Shown in pieces: positions 30,154-40,708 of a DNA stretch of 40,708 bases. A program made the position numbers and the translations under genes. The notes beneath the pieces are model-generated. The model saw only the letters and a list, made by a program, of their open reading frames with translations. It made no database searches and was not told where the DNA came from. This DNA is from Salpingoeca rosetta (Eukaryota; Protista; Choanoflagellata). Location: the NCBI GenBank assembly GCA_033442325.1, contig JAWQFM010000003.1, positions 2,621,076 to 2,661,783 of the forward strand, in the 5' to 3' direction. The first letter of the stretch is position 1; every line of letters begins with the position of its first letter.

Positions 30154-31285
30154 GTGTGTGTGTGCGTGCGTGTTTGTGTGTGTACCTGTGTACCTGTGTA
30201 TCTGTGTACCTGTGTACCTGTGTGTGTGTGTTCCTGTCGTGTTCTGCGCTCGCCTTCTCCCCTCTCCCCTCTCCCCTTCAAGCATTGCAACACACCCACT
30301 CACGACACAAACGAATCCACACGCAACACCGTGCCCTCCTCCCTTCCAACAGGAGGTAATGGACAGCTATGTTCGCAGCTGCGCCGGGTATTGCGTCATC
30401 ACGTATCTCCTTGGCGTCGGTGACAGGTGAGCACTGCCCGTCGGCTGCTTCCCGTGTTCGTGCCACTCAGGCGCTGTACGCTTGTGCTTGTGTGTGCGCG
30501 TGTGTGTATGTGTGTGTCTGTCTGTCTGTCTGTGTCTGTCTGTGTCTGTGCTTGTGTAGGTGTGGTTGTGTTTTGATTACGTTTGTGTGGTGTGCGGTTT
30601 TGTTTGCGTAGTCGATTCATTCGACTCGACTCTCATGGCCCATGCTCGCTTGCTTCCTTCATACGCCCTTTCCCACGACCCGACCGCATGTTGTCTCCGT
30701 TTCCACCAGGCACTTGGACAACCTGTTGCTGCGGGACAACGGGCTGCTGTTCCACGTCGACTTTGGATACATCCTCGGACGCGACCCAAAGCCGTACCCG
30801 CCACCCATGAAGCTCACAAAGGTGCGGGCGTGTGGCCTTGGTGCTTGGTGGAGGTGGTGGTGGCGGTGGTGAAAAAGGCATCGCTGTTGGTTTGTGTCGC
30901 AGATGCGGTGTCTGCGCGACTCGCTCGTGCTACCTTGCCTTCTCAATGTCCGAGCTCATACGCGTACACACATGAATTTACACACGCATGTCCACACACG
31001 CACGCACATACGCAATGCATATGCACACACACGCGCGCACACAAACTGCACACACACACACACACATTGCTTGCAGGACATGGTTGAGGCGATGGGCGGG
31101 GCGTCGAGCGAGGAAGTGAAGCGGTTTCGGTCGCACTGCTTCAACTGCTTCCTCATTCTCCGCAAGAACGCGTCGCTGATCCTCAATCTCTTTGCCCTCA
31201 TGATCGACAGCAACGTGCACGACATCAGTCTTGACCGCGACAAGACCCTTGTCAAGGTCGGCAACGCGCACGCTGTTGTGTTGCG

Positions 31286-31319
<34 letters not shown>

Positions 31320-31606
31320 ATGTGTGTGTGCGTCTGTGTATGTCCCTGTGTGTCTGTGTGTCTCTGTGTATGTGTGCGCTCCATTTTTTTTTTTTTGGTT
31401 TCAACGCTCACATGCACACACATGCACACATGCACCCATACACGGATACATGCATCTTTTGGCAGGTGGAGGAAAAGTTTCGGTTGGACATGGATGATGA
31501 GGTGGCTGTGAAATATTTCAAGGAATTGCTTGACAATTCTCTCGCTGCGTTGTTTCCACGTGTTGTCGAGGCCGTGCACACGCTCGCACAGTACATGCGC
31601 AAGTGA
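23380..31606 (+). CDS. PIK3C3: Class III phosphatidylinositol 3-kinase Vps34; 25 exons
   Basis: SYVPSCDL...I|HSLQG; C2 [11 protein letters not shown]; ENLVEVKH...DRDLKP; helical [13 protein letters not shown]; kinase [30 protein letters not shown]|[18 protein letters not shown]; end [10 protein letters not shown]. All junctions traced as GT-AG and in frame. Confidence 0.96.
28981..29048. repeat. Exact 34-bp tandem duplication in a Vps34 intron
   Basis: CATGTGTGTTTGTGTACATGGTCACGCTTTGCCC present twice. Confidence 0.9.
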
Positions 31607-31845
31607 AGGGGTAACCCTTCCGTCATTGGCCCTGTTGCTGCCCTTGGTGTTTTGCTTCCTTGCTACTTCGTTCTTGCCTGCTACGTGAACCAATTGCCAC
31701 TCGTTACTGGCCCTCGCGCCGCTGTTCATCGTACGAGCACATGAGTTGAACACACGAAAACAGAATGATGGGTATATGTGCATCGTGCCTGACGACTACG
31801 CATGACGAACAAGTGGGGGGGGGGGTGGATGGCGTTGACTGAAAC

Positions 31846-31983
<138 letters not shown>

Positions 31984-32417
31984 AAAAGTAAAAAGTAAAA
32001 AGGAAGGACAGAGCTCATTTTCAATGTTGTTCACGGTGACCTTCTCTCTTTGCAGCTCTCAGCCATCTTAGTGGTCGGTGTACAAATGATAACGTGCTTG
32101 CATGCACAACCAGCCTCTCCCCACCTGTATTGTCAATAATACACATGTGCACCATTGACCGTGCTGTGTATTGAAAATTTGCACACTTTGTACACACCAT
32201 GTCACTAACCACGTTGTGACGGTAAACAGCGTTGCTTTCTGCTCAAACGAGGGCACGCAACTCACAACACCAGCGCCATATGCTTCCGCATGCCTATAGG
32301 CCTATGCACACAAGCAGCCGAAACAGGAATAAGGAAAAGGATTGGATGAAGATGGAGGGAGCAAACGCGAAAAAAAAAAACCAAACGTACAAACAAAGGC
32401 AGAACGTGATGCGGGCT

Positions 32418-33637
32418 TCAAATTTTGCGAATGGAGTCTGCGTGGAGATAGAATGCGGCCATGTCCTGAAAAGGAGGATACAGGGATGAAGTGAAGAGTG
32501 GCATGAGCAAGCGACGTGAAGAGGAACGGCTATCAGGGAGTAAAGTCAACACATAAGGGCCGAAAGGAGAAGCCCAAAAAATAAATAAATAAACAAACAA
32601 CCAAAGCACACAATCACACAATCACATACCTTGTCTGGGGATGAGCTGTCTGTGGAGACGTACGCGTTGTCGAGGAGGCCGCTGTTGTAACAGACGCACA
32701 CGAAGACAACACGTGAACAGCGGAGGAATGTGTGACATGAGGAAGTCAGAGCGAGTAGGAAGAGAAAAAGAAGAAAAGGAGGCAGACGCAGACACAGGCA
32801 CAGACACAGATACAGACACACGCACAGATACAGACACAGGCACAGACACAGACACAGACACAGATACAGACACGAACACACACACACACACACACACACA
32901 GACAGACACACACAGACGAAGCAAAAGCAAAGACGTACAGCTCCTGGAGGGTGGATTGCACAAAGGACTCGGCTGTTTCGCCGCCAATTTCAAAACTGAC
33001 GACAGAGCCCGTTGCTGCAGACGCGAGCGCTTCAGTGTCGGAGGAATGGAGCACCCGTGACACATCTGATGCCTCCATCGGCACCTCCCGTGTTTGTATG
33101 AGCGACAGGCCCTGTGTCCACGGACATTAGTGTTGGCGTTTGGGGCAAGGGAGAGGAGGGCGTTGAGCGCGGGCGACGAGATGTTGGGAGTAAGCACGCC
33201 ACCTGACTGACACAAGAACACACGAACTCATTGATGACAGTTGCCTGTTTCTCTCTCTCTCTCTCATGCACACACGAATCATTCCCTGTTGCTGCCAATA
33301 CCTGTGCAGCGTGAATGCTGCGGCAGAACTTGCGCGCCTTCTTGGTTGCTGGCGGGAACAGAATCACGAGCACATTCTGCAACAATACGCATGCACACAC
33401 ATTTGTACACACATGTACGCATGCACAAGCCCAGTAAGAAGAACGGGTGAGATTGTGGGCTGTGTTACACGAGTAAATGTGGCAACATGACGACCGCAAG
33501 GTGCACGACGGACAAGCCGCACGACAGACAAGCCGCACACGTACACACGCACACACGCACACACATGCACACACACACACGCACATACGCACACACACAC
33601 ACACACGCACACACACGCACACACACGCACACACACG

Positions 33638-33669
<32 letters not shown>

Positions 33670-35362
33670 CACACGCACACACACGCACACACACGCACAC
33701 ACACGCACACACACACACACACACCTCGCTGGAAGCTGGCTTCCCCGGCTGTGTGGTGATGGGGACGGTGGCCTGTGCCGGGTCTGTATCAACTGCAACG
33801 CTGGGCACAGCCTCCGCTGCCTTGGCGTAGAAGGTTTCCAGCCACAACGGCGCCTGTAGTGGAGAGGGAGTAGAGTGTGTGACACACGTGCGCGTGACTC
33901 GGGGAACAAAGACAGCGTGCTTTGCACGCGAGAGCGTGTAAAATCGAACAACAGGCGGCTACAGACAAGTGACGCACCTCTGGTGATATTTGAAAGTTTG
34001 GCGTCTCTTTGTTCTTGGTAAAGTCGTGGATGCGGGACCAGTTGTTGTTGTATTCGCTGATGTCAGAAGCTGCCATCTGGCCAGAGAGTGCAAAGTAATT
34101 TCCCCGGAAGCAGAAGAAGGACATGCCAGTGCTCGATTCGATGATGGGCAGTGTCTGACAGCACAGCGCTGACGCAATGTTTGTGCAGTCTCGTGTGCTG
34201 CGGAGCGGGAGCCAGTTGCGTGTGGTTGGTGAATGATGAGTTCGTGGGGCGAAGGCCATGAGGTCAAGGAAGCAAGAGAGAAGGGAAGAGCAGTATCATG
34301 CGTATAAATACTAGCACGCACATGCATGGACAATGACCCACACGCACACGTGGCAGCCGCGCTGATACATCTGCGCGCACACACGCCAGGAGCACACACC
34401 GGAATTGTTGGCATACGCCGACGACGCGGCAGTTGTGGCAGTTTCGGATGAAGATGCTGCAGAGGCGTTCATACGGCGTGGAACAGCGCATCAAGGGCAA
34501 TTGCAGGGGGAGGGGGGGTGACTTGCGTTTGTAAACAACACGTAGGGGCAGAGACACCACATGTGTGCCCGCACACAGCAAAGACGCACACACACACACA
34601 CAAGCACACACACACACACACACACACAAACAATAACACACACAAGCACATATGACGAACCTGCCCTGGACTGGGCCAACGAAGATGTCGCAGTTCTTGC
34701 AGTCATCGATGGTCACAGCAGCGCTGGTGTCAAACAAGAACAGACTACAATCCTGCACATGCCCACATGCGCCCACTTGTCGTGTGAGCTGGCACAGACA
34801 AAAATGTCAGCGACAGCAAGCAAGACGGAAGCACGTAACCTGCACCACCACATCTGGGCGAGGGCTGTTGGCTGACCTCACAGTTGTCGATTTGGAACTG
34901 CTCCTTGCCAATATCCCCAGACTGCTTACCCTTCACCTCCCTGCACAGCACGAGCAGGAGCAAGAAGGAGACGGTGGTGACGCGTGGGTGATGATGAGCA
35001 GCCGACGAGGGGGCGGATTCATGCGTCTCTTTGCTCGAACCACACAACACACCGCCAGATCACCTTACCCTTTGAGGTCTTTGAACTGCAGCTGTGACAG
35101 GTCCTTGGCTTCCCGCTTGTCCCTGCACGTACACACACACACACACACAGAGCGAAAGCACCAACCGTTGCGAAGACCACATCAAGATCATCAGAAGCAT
35201 GGCGCGCACTCGCTCAAGTACCATGCACCAAGCAGCACCAAGCAGCACCAAGCAGCAACTTGCCAAACAGTCCAGGCAGACCACAACGTACCATGAATAG
35301 ACCTTGTGTTGAGGCTCACCAGCGTCACCACTGGCGCCCATGCGCCCAAAGACACAACCCAT
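32418..35362 (-). CDS. RP2: Protein XRP2 (ARL3 GTPase-activating protein; TBCC/C-CAP beta-helix plus NDPK-like domain); 11 exons
   Basis: MGCVF dual-acylation start; KVYSW|DKRE; QFQIDNCE|[14 protein letters not shown]; CQQFR|TRDC (arginine finger); PIIESS; [12 protein letters not shown]; LIQTREVPM; end [15 protein letters not shown]. Confidence 0.93.
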
Positions 35363-35583
35363 GATGCTGCGCTGCTGCGATGATGGTCACGAGTGATGCG
35401 AGGTGGGTGGGTGGGTGTTGTCTTGTTGGTGGTGGTCCGTTTTTCTTCTTCTCGCCGCCTTCTGCTTTGCTTTGTGCTTTGCTGCTTGTGTGAAATTTTC
35501 GCCAAAGGCAACTTTGCCTTTGTTGCACAGCAAAGGCAATTTCGACTTAGGGGCGCTTCTGTTGCCAACCACCAAGACACCAG

Positions 35584-35635
<52 letters not shown>

Positions 35636-35640
35636 TAGTG
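35363..35640. promoter_or_regulatory. Bidirectional promoter between RP2 and ARMC3 with RFX X-box-like sites
   Basis: 278 bp between divergent ATGs. TTCGCCAAAGGCAAC (35498-35512), GTTGCACAGCAAA (35522-35534) and GTTGCCA (35561-35567) resemble X-box sites or half-sites. Confidence 0.6.

Positions 35641-40708
<5,068 letters not shown>

Overview
Intron-dense eukaryotic genomic DNA with microsatellite-filled introns ((CA)/(TG), CAAA, CAA, CCA, ATC) and three N gaps. Composition, splice-donor style (GTGCGC/GTGTGT/GTACGT) and animal-like gene content suggest a choanoflagellate such as Salpingoeca rosetta (inference). Hand-spliced genes, in order: last exon of a probable glycerol kinase (+); proteasome ATPase Rpt2/PSMC1 (-); an apparently non-coding spliced host transcript (+) with a box C/D snoRNA in each of its two introns; HECTD1 (-, at least 33 exons); a DUF3605-CutC fusion (+); Vps34/PIK3C3 (+, 25 exons); RP2 (-, 11 exons); ARMC3 (+, runs off the window). 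The strongest novel signals are: (1) an in-frame MBT methyl-lysine reader with an intact pocket inside the HECTD1 ubiquitin ligase; (2) a GAS5/UHG-style snoRNA host gene that the ORF track does not show; (3) a DUF3605 (HIT-like)-CutC fusion; (4) an RFX-motif bidirectional promoter shared by two ciliary genes. All homology calls come from remembered motifs, not database searches.
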